This document shows positions 46,034-60,764 of a stretch of DNA of 64,000 nt, in pieces. The position numbers and the translations under genes are program-made. Origin of the DNA: the human T2T-CHM13v2.0 reference genome, Homo sapiens; NCBI RefSeq assembly GCF_009914755.1, contig NC_060928.1. One strand, 5' to 3'. The notes beneath the pieces are model-generated. The model searched no databases, was not told the origin of the DNA, and worked only from the letters and a program-made list of their open reading frames with translations. Numbering within the stretch: the stretch's first letter is position 1; every line of letters starts with the position of its first letter.

Positions 46034-47949
46034 TGGCGTCTGCTATCATTTCTAATAAAATAAAAGACACAGATGGCAAAACTCTAAATGATTGTATGAC
46101 TTTGTTAGGCAGTGGTTTTGAAAAGCAGAATACTTAAAATCCTATGTAAAACATTTTGTTTTTTTTTAATTAAAATAATTCCATTTTCACAATTATGCTT
46201 TATGATTTAATTAGCTTTATGAGAATTCTGTTGTCTTATGGGAGAGATGTGATTTTTGTTTATTTCAGTTGTCTTGAGTGTATTCTCAGACTTTCAACAG
46301 TTTATATTTCCCTTAGTCTACTAGCTGTTAAAAACAGTCCAGTTTCATAGGCATTTTTGTTTTACATAGTAATATCAGACAATGATAGGGAACTTAGTAA
46401 CTTTTCTTTCAATTTTGGGGAAAAAGATAAAGTCCTTGAAAAATTCTTTTTAAACTGTTCCTTGGAAGAATAAAAGCATTTGAAATCCCCATGTGCAACA
46501 AGATCAGCAGATCTTCAATTCTCAACTTTAAGAACTGCAAGCCCAGAAATTTGTGGGTTTCTTAAACCCCTATTTTTAGCTATTTGTAAAAGTCATATCT
46601 CTACCTTCATTGTCTCTTGCTTCAGAGAAGACATGGTTAGTCCTGTAATAGTCCAGCATTAGTGCTTTCAAGGGAAGGAGAATGATTGCATAACTGGTTA
46701 CATTTAAAATGAGTAAGAATGAAGATTCTTGAGTGTTGCTCACAGGTATTTAGGAAAAGGAGCTACTGTTATGACTGTGGAATCTCCATTGCATTTTATT
46801 AGATACAAGAAAAGCACGAATGCCAGACCAGACTCAAGAAGAGAACAATTTGACTCTGCTTTCAAATGGAGTGGCAAAATCACATTGAAGGAAAGCTGGT
46901 GGGATGTAGTATTCTTATACCCATGGTTGGCAAATACAGTCAGCCACAACAGTTTACCCTAAGAATCTTGGATTTCATTCCATATGTGATTAACAGTTAG
47001 TGAATAATATTAGTTGTAATAATGTAATCAGAAACATGTTTTAGGAAGTTTACTGATGAATTCTTGAGAGGAAGAAGATAATCAAGGAAGTCATTGTGTT
47101 TTGTTTTTTGCTTTTTTTTCCTCTCAAAGATTCTTGAGCACATCTGTAGGCAGAATAGACAGAAGTAGAAAAGAAGAAAATAACAAATAATCTTAAAGTT
47201 GGACGGAAACACAGAATACTTCTTTAACAGGACAAACGATCTTAGCAGAATGTCAAGTTCAAGTGCAGACAACAACCGCTGTCAGCCCTTTAGTTATTTG
47301 AATACAGCTCTCATCATATACCTGCTTTCATTAGGTAGAAAAATTTCAAGATGTATCATAAAATTGGATACTTTCTTCGGGAGATTCTTTGTCTTGTCTA
47401 TATCACTTTCATCAAAGCATCTTATAGTCCAGAGATTTTTAAATTGCCACAATAAGATTCCCAAATATTCCCACATATTCACTGTAAAGAGCTCAAGTTT
47501 TGAGGAGTTCGGAAAAGCAGCTGTATTTGTTTGGGTTGTCATGTATGTATATATATCTCCACCCAATATACAAATTGGTTTTGTTTCTTTAAATGTATGA
47601 TGGAAACTAATGCATTTGAGTATCTAATAATCACAATATTTTCATCTTGAAATATATATTACTCTGAATATTAAAAAGTTGAAAATTCCATCTTAAGGGA
47701 CTTTACTTTCTCTGTTTTTATTCACATCAAGTTTGCTTTCTTTATGTTGTATCACTTAAAATGGTGACCCATCTCTTATAGTTAAATACATTTGAAGGAT
47801 TGACTTTCTTCAGTTTTTAAGGAATACAAGAACAAAGTAGAGAATAAATTTAACCCTGAATAAACTATATTACATATTTAATCAAGTTAGAAAGTTGTTT
47901 ACTAGAACTAGTTTATATCTGACGTACTGGAAATAAGTGGTATTTGGAG

Positions 47950-49750
47950 AGTTTGAAACTCCAAAAGAGTATAGATATATTGTATGTCTGATAATGCTAA
48001 GGAGAAAATTAAAGTAAGATGAGGAGAAATAGGAGTGCAATGGTAGTTGCATTTTATGTAAGATGTTCACAAAAGGTCTTTCTGCAAAGATAGCATTTGA
48101 GCAGAGATCTTTGGGTGGCTAATTTGTGGGAAGAATATTTTAGGCAAAGAGAACATCAAGTGTAAAGACCTCTTAGCAGGAGAGGACTGGGCCTGTTGAT
48201 GAATGAGCCAGGAGAACAGTGTTGTAGCAGAGTGGTTAAGAGGGAGAGTAATGGCAGATGAGGCCTAACATGTGTATGGGGGAAGTTAGATCATGAAGGC
48301 ATTTGTAAGGATTTTGGGTTTTATCTGTGTGACATAGTAAAGGTTATGCGTGCTTTATAAGGAAGAGCAACATGATCTGACTTCTGATTTGACAGGTGCA
48401 CTCTGGCATCAGTGTTGAAAATACCCTGATAGCAGGGTAATCAGGAGAAAGCAATGGTAGCTGACAGGGTGGTAGCAGTGGAGAGAGAGTCATAAGGAAT
48501 TGCTAGAGGATTAATATGAAGTGTGTGAGAAAGGGACATAGGATGCCTGGTTTTTAGATTGGACTGTAAATATGGAATTGCCATTTTCTGAGATGGGGAA
48601 GGAGATTGTGAGATGAGCAAGTATTTGGAGGAAAACCAGGTATTTCCTTTGGGATGTGGTAAGGTTGAGATGTCTATTGGACATCTAAGTGAAAATGTTG
48701 AGTAGGCCATAGAATATGTGATTCTGGATTTCACAGGCTAGATCTGGGCTGGGGATAGAGATTTGGAAGTCCACGGTATATAGCTGGGCATTTACCACGT
48801 GGAACTAGGTGAGATCACCTGGCAGAGGGGTGTACATAATAAAGAGGAGAGGTCCACGAACTGAACTCTGAGGAGTGTGCACTTGTGGAGATTGTGGAAA
48901 CTATGAAGAAGAACCAGCAAATGCTTGGTGAGGGACAAGCCAAGAAGTGAGGAGGAAAACCAGGAGAGTTTGTTGTACTCGACGCCAAGTAAGGAAAGTA
49001 CATCAAGAAGGGATTAGTCAACACTGACAGATGCTAGTTCTTAAATAAGGTGAGGACTGAATTTAGCAGTGGTCTTAGCAATATGAAGATCATTCATTAC
49101 TTGGACAAAAGCTGCTTCATTGAAATTGTGGTGACAAAAACTTGACTGGAATATCTTTAAATGAAAATTGGAGAAAACAGAAGTAGAGACAGAAAGGATG
49201 AGAGATGCTTTTGAATGATTTAGCCATAAAAGAGAGAATAGAATAAGTCAATAGCTGGAGGGAGGAGAGGGATTAAGGAATTTTTGTTTGTTTTTAAGGT
49301 TAATACATTATGTTTATAAGGAATAATCTGAATAAATTTGTAGGCAATAATCTAAAGAAGATAAAATTAACCATGTAATGGAGAAGGAATGCAATTTCTG
49401 GAATGAGGCGATTAATTTGCTGAGAGGGGATGGAACGCAGTGCAAATATGGGAGAGCTGGCCTTGGATAGACACAGGAGGTGTTTATCTTTAGCAGTGGT
49501 AAGAAAGGGAGATTACATGGACAGAGTTGCAAGTGGATTGGGAATGTGGAACTAGGAGTCTATAGAAGTTCTTTTCAAAATGCTTCTATGTTTTCAGTAA
49601 TAGACCAATGTGAGAGTGAGGATAATAGGAGAAGGTGTTGGAGGTTTGAGAGGAGAGTAAAGAATATGAATATATCACCTAGGCGAGTTAGGGATGCACT
49701 AATAGGATTGCTGGAGAGCACCCAGGGAAACGCTGGAGATTAAAGCTTAT
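47950..49750 (-). mobile_element. L2 LINE, long ORF2/3' segment
   Basis: gcatttgagcagagatc, gagcaacatgatctgac, ttgagatgtctattggacatctaagtgaaaatgttgagtaggc (reverse complement of the L2 RT C-terminal LDIS.WM motif region); purine-rich + strand. Confidence 0.85.
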
Positions 49751-50044
49751 GATTCTAAAATGTGATCACTCAGCATAATCAGTAAATATTGTTCACAAAA
49801 ATGAATTAACTGTGAATTTCTCAGTTATTTTGACATCATGTAGCCATGCAGTTGCTAGGTCATTACAAGGCAATAAAAAGCAGATGTATTTCCTAAAGAA
49901 ATACTGTAAGATCTGGCCAAGTCAGTGGATTTGCTACATAACAAAGGCACAATCAGAGTTTCTGCTAATTCAGTCCTAGATGAGAGTAAATTGTGAAATT
50001 AGAACAATCATATAGGCTTTTGAGATAACAGACTTTAAAAAAAC

Positions 50045-50110
50045 ATTTTTCTACTTTTATAAATGAAGAAGCTGAGGTCCAGAGAGGTTAAAGGATTCCC
50101 TTGTTGTGAA
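50045..50110 (-). mobile_element. MIR core fragment
   Basis: ttttataaatgaagaagctgaggtccagagaggttaaag. Confidence 0.6.
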
Positions 50111-51070
50111 TCACATTACCTTTTACAAAGAATTTTGAATATTCTAGTAAATATGCTCTTCCAGGAATGTTACATTTTATTCTAATTTTATTCCTTTTAA
50201 TATAGCATTCCTGTTAGGTTTTTCAATTTGTGTTTGATTGTACAGTTATGTAAATTCTTTTTGACAGATTTGTTATTAAGGGAAGAAAGATGAGTATGAA
50301 TTCTAACAGCTCATTAATTTTAAAGAAATGTGTCATGAATTAATGCTTTGAGTGCTATATTTTTCTCTTTACATTATGTTTTTCTGGTTGAATAGAATTC
50401 TATCAAAATAAATAGGTTATTTAAAAATGATTAGGTAGGAGCTATATAAAGATTCTCCTAAGCATGTTCACCGTTCCTGAGAAATAGGTTGAATGTAATA
50501 CCCAACTAGTGAAGCATTATCATCAGCAATACATGATTACATTGTAGCCTTTCTTTACAAAGCTAGTTATAAAAAATATTTTCTTTGTAAAAGGTTTTCA
50601 AAGTGTCTTTCACTTGAGTGAGCATTTAGTGAATTAAAGTCCTTTCACCAAAGTATATATTTCTTAAGCATATTGACTACAAAAAGGATGTCCTTGACCT
50701 ACTTGTTTACAGGAAGTGAAATCAGTTACTTTCGACCTTTAGTATAGTAGCAAGTTTAATGAGGGGTGAGTAAGCTTTCACTGTATAGATTTCAACATCA
50801 CCTGACTTTCTTGAAGTTCAGGAAAAACACCATTTATCTCAGTTTAAAAATATGCACACCTGGTTAAAAAAAATAAAAGCAAGTTCACACTCCTCTGTGC
50901 TCTATTTGACAGATAAAATATACACAGGGCACTAGTGATCAAATGTGGGTCAAAGTATCTGCTTTAATAATGGGCAAGATAGTTCCCAATAATTTCAAAA
51001 TATAGAACTTTCTGGCAAAGGTGCAATGGAAAATGTATCTTAGACCTGAGGCTAAATTGAAAACCTGCCT

Positions 51071-51112
51071 CAGATCTAATCTTTGGAACCCCAGATCTAA
51101 TCTTTGGAACCC
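51071..51112. repeat. Perfect 21-bp tandem duplication
   Basis: cagatctaatctttggaaccc x2. Confidence 0.97.
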
Positions 51113-51391
51113 ACTCACTGTCCAACAGGCTTTACTACCTGAGAACATGAAGCAGGAGAGAAGGGCAGGGGCGAGGTGGGGGCCTGCACAGGGTCAGGAT
51201 GTAGGAGGTGCAGAAGACAGAGTTTGTAGTGTGTGTGAATATGTGTGTGTGTTCTGTATGTACGTGGATAATATTTAATGAATTCCGCTCACCAACTGTG
51301 AAAAATTCTGATGGATAAAATTTGTCACTCTTTATCCCTGAAGAGATTTGAATAAGTTGGTAGAAAGGAGCAGAAACTTTTTATATAACAC

Positions 51392-51575
51392 AGACCCTTG
51401 CTACTCAAATGTGTGGTGGTTCTTGAATCAGCACCGTCTGCATCACCTGGAAGCTTGTTAGAAATGCAGAATTTAAGGCTTAATCCCAGACCTACTGAAT
51501 CAGAATGCGCTTTTTAACAATACTTCTCTCTACTCCTGGGTGATTGATTCATGCATTGAATTTGAAAAGCGCTTC
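51392..51575. mobile_element. MER5A hAT-Charlie MITE
   Basis: tgctactcaaatgtgtgg...gcatcacctggaagcttgttagaaatgcagaat...cccagacctactgaatcagaa. Confidence 0.88.
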
Positions 51576-52480
51576 ACTCGTTGCCAGATGTTTTGCTCTA
51601 AATTCCTTCTTCTGTGTACTAAGGCATAATATAGGAAAGACTCAAAGGATTTCTCCCTACAGCTGGAGTTCATAAGCTTCCATTATTGAAGTGAGGTGTA
51701 TAGTGTTTTTGAGATAGTCCAGTGGATGGGAATGTTTTTAAGATCTTTCAACTACAAAACTGTGACAGTCAGAGCAACTTATATTAAAGATGTGCACATT
51801 ACAGTTCTGTATTAGATATCATTTATAAAAGAGATTTCCATTGACTTTGTTGAAGATCAGATGGCTGTAGGTGTGTGACTTTGTTTCTGGGTTCTCTATT
51901 CTGTTTCATTGATCTATGCATCTTTTTTTGTACCAGTACCATCCTGTTTTGGCTACTGTAGCATTATAGTATAGTTTGAAGTCCATAGTACAGTGTGATG
52001 CTTCCAGCTTTGTTCTTTTTGTTTAGGATTTCTTTGGATATTTAGGCTGGTTTTCGGTTCCATATGAATTTTAGAATCATTTTTCTTCTAATTCTGTGAT
52101 AAATGATGTTGGTCACTTGGCAACCAACAGGAATAGCATTGAATCTGGAGGTTTCCTTTGGCAGTATGACAATTTTAACAATGATTGATTCTTCCGACCC
52201 TTGAACATGGGATGTTTTCCATTTGTTTTTGTCATCTGTGATTTCTTTTAGCAGTGTTTTGTAGTTCTCCTTGTAGTGATCTTTTACGTCCTTGGTTAGA
52301 TTTATTCCTAGGTATTTAATTTTTTTGTGTGTTGCTGTTGTAAATGAGATTACATTCTTGATTTGACTTGGATGTTATTGGTGTATAGCAGTGCTACTAA
52401 TTTTCGTACATTGATTTTGTATCCTGAAACTTTCCTGAAGTCATTTATCAGCTCCAGGAGCCTTTTGGTGGAGTCTTTAG

Positions 52481-52786
<306 letters not shown>

Positions 52787-53074
52787 CTCTTTAGGGCTTT
52801 CTAGGTATAGAATTATATTGTCCCAAAAGAGAGATAGGCTGACTTCTTCTTCTCCTATTTGGATGCCTTTTATTTCCTTCTCTTGCCTGATAGCTCTGGC
52901 TGGCACTTCCAGTACTATGTTGAATAGGAGTGGTGAGAGTAGGCATTTTTTGTCTTGTTCTGGTTCTCAAGGGGAATGTGTCCAGTTTTTGCCTGTTCAC
53001 TATGATATTGGCTGTGTGTTTGTTATAAATGGCTCTTAATATTTTGAATTATATTCCTACAATGCCTAATTTCT

Positions 53075-53389
53075 TTTTCTTTATTATTATTATTGTTTTT
53101 TTGAGACAGGATCTCACTCTGTTACCCAGGCTGGAGTGCAGTGGTATGATCATGGCTCAGTGCAGCCTTGACCTCCCAGGCTCAAGAGATCCTGCCACCT
53201 CAGCCTTATGAGTAGCTGAGACTACAGACACACACCACCACATCTGGCAAATTTTAAAATTTTTATTGTATGTAGATGGGGGTCTTACTATGTTGCCCAA
53301 GCTGGTCTCAAACTCCTAGGCTTAAGTGACCCTGCTGCCTCAGCCTCCCAAAGTTCTGGGATTACAGGCATGGGTCCCCACACCCATCC
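53075..53389 (-). mobile_element. AluJ-like SINE nested in L1
   Basis: Full dimer; TSD aatgcctaatttctt / aatgtctagtttctt. Confidence 0.93.
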
Positions 53390-54027
53390 CTTAATGTCTA
53401 GTTTCTTAAGGGTTTTTATCATGAAAGGAGGTTAGATTTTATTGAAAGCTTTATCCGTGTCTACTGAGATGATCATGCGGTTTTTGTTTTTAATTCATTC
53501 ATATGCTGAATCACATTTATTTATTTGAGTATGTTGAACCAACCTTACATCTCAGGAATGAAGCAGACTTGATCCTGGTGAATTAACTTTTTGGTGTGCT
53601 GTTGGATTCAGTTTGCTAGTATTTTGTATAGTATTTAACTATTGAGTACTATGTTCAGCATATGGGTGCTGGGATCATTTGTACCCCAAAACCCAGCATC
53701 ACACGGTGTTTACTTTTGTAACAAACTTGCACGTGTACCCCTGAATTTAAAATAAAAATTGAAAAAAGAGAGATTTGTGCTGCTAATTTAAAAAAGTTGT
53801 AAAACTCAAATAAGAAATAAAACATTAAACTTGCAGTGAGGCAGTCTGGCTTTAATTATTGAGTTATATACAGCTAGCTACATAATAAGGGCAAGTGATA
53901 ACTTTTCAGGGTCTTAATTTCCTTAGGAGTAGTTTACTCTTCATGGGCTGGAAGTGGGGTTGGAACTATATAAAAATGTAAACATGATACGAAAACCTGA
54001 AACTTTAAAATAACTTGAAAAAGATTA

Positions 54028-54166
54028 GGCCAGGTGTGGTGACTCATGCCTGTAATTCCAGAGCTTTGGAAGGCCAAAGTGGGAGAATAGTTAGGACCAG
54101 GAGTTCAAGACCAGCCTGGACAACATAACAAAACCCTGTCTTTACAAAATAAATAAATAAATAAAT
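54028..54166 (+). mobile_element. FLAM / Alu left monomer
   Basis: ggccaggtgtggtgactcatgcctgtaattcc...caggagttcaagaccagcctgg...then (aaat)n tail; no right arm. Confidence 0.9.
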
Positions 54167-54249
54167 ATTAATATGTCTATGGAGTAGGATGCCTGTATAT
54201 GTGTTTGGTGTTAGCAATGAAGGGGGTTATACTATTGAGATTTGATATT

Positions 54250-54720
54250 GATGATCAAGGCTTTTTACGCCCTGTGAAAGGGTTTGGAATTTGACCTAAG
54301 GTTAAGGAGAAATTATTAAAGGATTTATGCAAAGGAGTGAAGTTGGCATTTTAGAAGGCTAATTCTGGCTTCAGGGCAAAGAACAGGAGTTGAAAGATCA
54401 CAGAGAGAGATGGGTTAGAAATCATTTGAATAATCTACATGAGAATAATGGTAACATGAATTAGAAGTATGGAAATAGGGATGAGGAAAATGAACTTTTT
54501 GTGAGAATGTATCTACAGGACGCACTGACGTATTTGTTGGGGATTGATGGGGAGAACAATGTCATTGGTAATTCCTATGTTTTGGGACTTCATTGTGATA
54601 GGAAATATAGGAGGAGAAGTAAGTTTGGAAAGAAATGATTAATTCTGTTATCAGGTTATTTTTTAGAATGGACATCCAATTGTAGATGTCTGGTAAACAG
54701 GTATGCCTGAAATATTTATC
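54250..54720 (-). mobile_element. L2 fragment
   Basis: attaaaggatttatgcaaaggagtga...gcattttagaagg...gggagaacaatgtc...ggacatccaattgtagatgtctgg; diverged. Confidence 0.6.
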
Positions 54721-55267
54721 TTGAAAGGTGTCAGGGCTTATTTTTCACACTACATAATTTATATATTACTCATTCTCATCATCCCAATTATTATATATAT
54801 GTTGTCGCCTTCAAATCTACATTATCATTCTGTGTCACTTACCTAAACCCTAGTCCCAAGTATATTTATCTGTCTCACTTGTGAGTTTAATCTTATTTTC
54901 AATAAAAATCATGCCTTGCTCTTCATTGTAAATGAAGTGGGGATTTTTCAGATCCCACTACTTGTATTGGGCATATGGACTATTGTTCAGTTTTAGATAC
55001 TGACAAGCATACTTATTTTGTGAGAAAGATTATGATTGTACTGGTTTTGATATCACTCTTGTACCTGAAATAATACCTTGTAAGTATCCCATGCTTAAAT
55101 AAAGTTATTGAGTTAAATGCTAGAACTCTGAGTCTTTAGATTGCTTCTATAAATTAGGAATAAGGAAATAGATCTACGGGAAATAGCGTAATAATGATAA
55201 GTAAAATATTATTAAGAACTTTTATGTTGCTAATATTTCTCTGTCTTAAAATTACTAAGACCATGTA

Positions 55268-55601
55268 CAGTAGTTTCCCCTTATCTGCAGTTTCGATTTC
55301 TATGATTTCAGTTAACCTGTGGTCAATCCTAGTCTGAAAATAGGTATGTATAGTACAATAAGATGCCTTGAGAGAAAATGAGAACACACATCACCTTTAT
55401 TACAGTATGTTGTTATAAAATATTTTGTTTTTAGTTATTTTTGTTAATCTTTCACTGTGCCTAATTTAGAAATTAAACTTTATCATAGGTGTGTATGTAT
55501 AAGGAAAAACACAGTATAGATAGGACTTGGTACTATCTGTGGCTTCAGGCATCTGCTGGGGGTCTTGGAAGGTATCCTCTGTAGATAAGGGGCAAATACG
55601 G
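55268..55601. mobile_element. MER44A (Tigger7) MITE
   Basis: TIRs cagtagtttccccttatctgc / gtagataaggggcaaatacgg, TA flanks, internal match to recalled MER44A. Confidence 0.9.
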
Positions 55602-58067
55602 TAATTCAAAACATTTAATTTCATCACATTAGCACTTATCTCAAAACAACAAACTATGCTTCTCTGGGGCTTATTCTTCTATGATTTTTTTTTTAACTTT
55701 GTCGCCTATGTGATTTTTTCCCCTGCACATGAATATATATTTCTTTTTGATTTGCTTTTTTTTTTGCTTTCTGTGACTTAAGCTATCACTCTTAGATTTT
55801 AATGAACAGGATTTCTGACAACATAACAAAACAGAAATCAGGTTTGATGGGCTTCAGCGTACATGAAGTGCATATCCTCTCTGAAAAAAATTCAAGCATG
55901 CAACACATCTGGCACGTTTCTGTACTTTGTATCCGTCTCTCCTGGCCAATCTTGTGCATTTGCGACAGCAATGACATTGATGAATCGCTTTAATTTACCA
56001 GGCAGTGGACACCTTGCCAAGGCTATCTGTAAGAACCAGCTAGAGCTGGTCCTGATCATTTCAGATATGTGTATTGTTTCAGAAAACTGTAACTGATCAG
56101 ATGCAATTTAGATGTATCATTGCACCACAATCACACAGAAATACATATTTTAATAACCTCTGGATTTTAATTTTTCTTATTCCCTTCTCCATTTTTGAAA
56201 TAAAGATAAATAACTATATAAATATATGCTAATTTAGTTATGTGGTAAAATTAATCATGAAATAATTTGGCAATTTTTTGCATTTTGAAGATGATTTAGA
56301 AATTGAATTTATATAAATGGGAATTGATTTTTACAAAACAATATTATCTTTATGTCATTTAATAAGCAAGGAATCATTATTTTGACAATAAAAAAGTTGT
56401 ATCAATTTTTCACTTAAATACTTCTAACCTGAGGTGGGAAACAGGCAATAGAATACATAAAATCCTAAACTATTATAAGTTTCCGTGGAAATATGCTTAA
56501 TGGTAGTCTAAGAAAAAATAATCTTGGGAACATTGTGGAGAGAGTAGATAATTACATGTAATATGAAGAGGTTATGTTCTCTTGATGCTTAGAGTATATG
56601 ACAGTTATATATTTTTGAAAATCATTCAGAGCTAATATTATATTTAGGTAGACTAGATAGCTTGCTATAATTATGTGGTACAATTACAGCATTAAAAAAT
56701 TCAGCATATTTACAGAGCACCTACCATATGCTAAGACCTGTACCAGGCATTTTCACACATAGGCAGTGCATTAGACAGCATATTGTATTATAACACACAA
56801 GCAGGATCTGGTGTCCTCGAAACAAACGTCTTCGCTTGTCATTTTTTGATATTGATACCTGGAATTCTGATCAAACCTCAAAACATAAAACTTTCATCAC
56901 TATTAAAATACAAATTGTATCTCTATTTCTTAAAAATATATATTTATTCTTTCAGGGAATTATTACTTGAGTCTTTAATAACATCTACCCTTTGGCATGA
57001 ATGATTACTGTATAATGTCTGCTGTAAGCGAGCTTTGACAGCGGAAGTAGGAATGAGTTTAGATGCCTTGACTATTTGAACTGATCTGGTACAGGACAAA
57101 AACTAAGAGCCATATGATAAAGATTGTTTATTTGTTTTGCCTACATTACATATCAAGTGGGACTGATCCTGGCTGCTTTTATTACCACTAATTGAATAAA
57201 ACATAACTCATATATTAGATAAATGAAATATTTATACCTAAATATCTAAGTTATTCTTTGTTTTTTCTTTGTAATATTCTCAGAATGACTCGCATGTTTT
57301 CACTCTGTAACAGTAGTACAAGCACATCAAATTATCAAAGAGTAAATTTTGCAGGCTCAGGTGACAAAGCAAGCTGGTGCATGGAAATGATTTCTGGGGT
57401 GGGGATATTCATGAGACATAATCTTGGGGCAACTCTGGTTTAAAGACACAGGGTCCCGTATTTGGAGAGGAGCGTATTTAGAAGGGGTCTTCCTGGGGCC
57501 TTCTTTCCTTAAGAAGATGTCTTATTTCTCATTAGCATTTTAAAAAAGAGACCTGGATAAAATAATTATAATTTAAAATATACTTCTATCCATTCCTATC
57601 TTTTGTGTTCTTATAATTAATTTTCCTTCCTTCTCTTTCACTTCACTATTCATGCCACCACATTGAAACATTTCCTATTGTTGTTAGTAGGAGTTATGTG
57701 CATAGTTCACAAGATGAAATGTTTTAATAGCATTGCTTCTCTTTTAAAGGCAAGTTTGGGCTTGGCTAGATTTAGGAGTTGCTTTGAAAATGTGGCTTAG
57801 TGTATTGTTTCTAAATGACAATATGGGAATTAGAACAAGGGAAGGAACAGATCACACAATTTACGCACGTTTATTTTATAGTGGAATTTTTCTGTTATCT
57901 AAATTTCAAAGTGCCTTTTTAATCCCTTGGTACTCTCTACCAACATTGGTTTTTTAAATTTTGTTTTTCCTTGTTTTCAATGTATATCTTTCATATTCAC
58001 ATTTGCATGAATACCTTCCATAATTATTTCAAATGGGACCTTAATGAATACAAACTCTTTCTGATTT

Positions 58068-58525
58068 CTTTTAATTGAAAATTTATTGAGTAAATTATAG
58101 ATTCATATGCAGTTTTACATGCAGAGTTTCTGTGAACCCTTTGCCAATTTCCCCCAGTGCTAATATCTTGCAAAATTATAGTACAGTATTATACCCTAGG
58201 TATTTACTCAATCCACCAAACAGTTAGATTTCATTAGTTTTCCATGTATTTATTTGTATGTATATATGTGTGTGTGTGTTTAGTTCTATACAGTTTTTCA
58301 CATATATAGGTTCACGCATCCATCACCACAGTCAAGATGCTGAACAGTTCCAGCACCACAAGGGTTCCTCCTATTCCCTTTGTGTAACTACACTCATCTC
58401 CCTTCTGTTCCCCCATTCCTAACCCCATGCAATCACTGATATATTCCTCATTTCTAAAATTTTGTAGTTTCAAAATGTTGTATAAATGGAATGATACAGT
58501 ATGTAACCTTTTTGATTGACTTTGC
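58068..58525 (-). mobile_element. L1MC/L1MD-type 3' end
   Basis: cccccagtgctaatatcttgcaaaattatagtacag...atcaccacagtcaagat...aaatggaatgatacagtatgtaacc; minus ORF SQSKRLHTVSFHLYNIL resembles an old L1 3'UTR. Confidence 0.8.
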
Positions 58526-59194
58526 CTATGTGTTTTAAACAATTGATATGTATTTTTTTCACTATGGATTTTTGTCAAAAGACTGTAAGTATGTGATAAA
58601 AGATAATATTGATTTTACTGTTATAGATTCAGGGTAAATTTGTACTTCTTTACATTTTAGCATTTATGGAAATTACTAACCCTTCATTATTTATATTGAT
58701 GGAGGGACCAGAGACCCAATTGCATGGTACAAAATACTACAGGCTATGAACAAGAAGTATGTGACTGTGGGTCAGAGAAATATTGATTGCATTGATTTTT
58801 AACATGGATGATTCATGTGGACATTGATCATTGGAGTGTAATATGGACCAGGTTATCTCAAGGGTGTCCCAAGTGAGAGACAGAGGTAGATTTGGCATCA
58901 GAATGTCTAGTAGTTTACATTATCTTGAGCCTACTTTATGACCTTAATGGACTGTAACTGAAGGGAATGTGTTAAATGTATACACTGTTAATCCAGTGAT
59001 TTCAGTGAAATAATTTTGGATCTAGAAGAAACAATATAACGTAAAAAAAGTCTGTATTGCATTGAATATGACATGGGTCAAAGAAACTTGCTCATTGTAG
59101 GCCCAAATTACAGAATTTATTTTATTGCCTTCTCAGTTTATTTGTCCTATGGGAGAGGAAATAAACAAAAATTAATTAATATTCTTCACAATTA

Positions 59195-59292
59195 GACCTT
59201 TATGACTTCAAGAAGGTAGATAATGTCTTTTTCATCTTTGTATCTCAGTGCCTAGCTAGATAGAACATGCTCAGTAAATATGTGTCGAATAA
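59195..59292 (+). mobile_element. L2 3' tail fragment
   Basis: gaaggtagataatgtctttttcatctttgtatctcagtgcctag...gctcagtaaatatgtgtcgaataa. Confidence 0.65.
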
Positions 59293-60352
59293 CTGTAGCT
59301 TATGAGATTGGGAAGTTGCTAATGTAAGTGCATATTGCCCTAGTACTCTTTTCAGTCAATATTTTCTTCATGTGTTAGTAAGAGATAGGTTGGAATTTTT
59401 AGCAGCAGTATCATACAAATCTTTAGAGATTTTATATTTATCTGTGTACAGAACCCAGCTAATCAATTTGAGTTCATTGTTAGAGCCCCAATTCATCAGA
59501 AGACGGAGAAAAGGCAGACTCCTGAGGTTGACATATGACAAGGGAATTTCTATAGTTTGCATTTTATTCACTTTTTCCCAATGCCCCTTTCTATTATCAT
59601 TGCTTTGTGGGGTGTCAGTATCACCTAACAAACATTTGAAGTGATTTTGAAGATATTGTTATAAAACAGCAGTTGTAATGGATTACTCAGGGTGCTGCAT
59701 TGTACAATGAAAATAGGCTTAAGTAGAAAACTGCTGGCTATCTAGAAGTGTCTTTTGTGGCAGGAAATATTTTAGATAGTTTGTTCATCACCTGTGTTTA
59801 TCGTTTGCTATCCCAGTCTATTATAACATATTTTTTCTTTCAATTCTCTAATTATTATAAAGAAATGATTACACTGTGGAACACACATAATGATTAACAC
59901 ATGAAACACACACGTATGTTTTACTTCACACTGATTTAAGATACATTCGATGGAAGAAGAGATTTCTGGCTTTTCCACAGTTAATGTGTAATGTTTGGCA
60001 TGTAATAGACACTCAAAACAGATTTTTTTGAATAAATGAGTGGTAGTATTTGTAATTTAAAACTGATGCAGAGGGATGTGCCAGTTTCAGTACTGTAAGG
60101 GCTCCATAAAGGCAGGATCATAATTAGCCTAATTCTTATTAGTATATTTCTTAATGACTCTGAATTTTCCAAGAACATCAGAGACTTCTAGTTCCTGGCT
60201 TGTGTACTCTAGCAGCTCTCAGTGGTTTAGTGTGCAGGCCCTTATCCCTCTCATGTATACAACTTCCCAATCATAAGACAGGCCTGTAAGATCCTGCAAA
60301 ATTTGGTTCTACTCTTTCTGCTTCTACCCTTCCTGAGTTTAAAATGACTTCC

Positions 60353-60659
60353 TTTTTTTTTTCTTTTTTATTTTTGAGACAGTTCTCACTCCATTGCCCA
60401 GGCTGGAGTGCAGTGGCACCATCATGGCTAACTGCAGCCTCAGCCTCCATGGGTTCAAGTTATCCTCCCAACTTGGACTCCTGAGTATTTGGGACCACCG
60501 GTGCACACCAGCATACCCGGCTAATTTTTTTTTTTTTTTTGTAGAGACAAGGTTTTTCCATGTTTCCCAGGCTGGTCTCAGACTCCTGGGCTCAAGCCTT
60601 CTGCCCACCATGGCCTCCTAAAGTGCTGGGATTACAGGCATGAGCCACCATGCCCAGCC
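60353..60659 (-). mobile_element. AluJ-like SINE
   Basis: Full dimer; TSD taaaatgactt / taaagtgactt. Confidence 0.95.
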
Positions 60660-60764
60660 TAAAGTGACTTTCTGTTACCTATTCTAAAGTTAAGAAGAAA
60701 ACAAAAATGGAAAAACAAGCAACCTAAACTATAACCTCCACTCTTGAGTGGGACAGATTTCTAT

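Noticed and set aside
46729-47600. Overlapping 70-133 aa ORFs in unique sequence
   Set aside because: Mostly non-ATG starts, no recognisable domain or splice structure; consistent with chance ORFs
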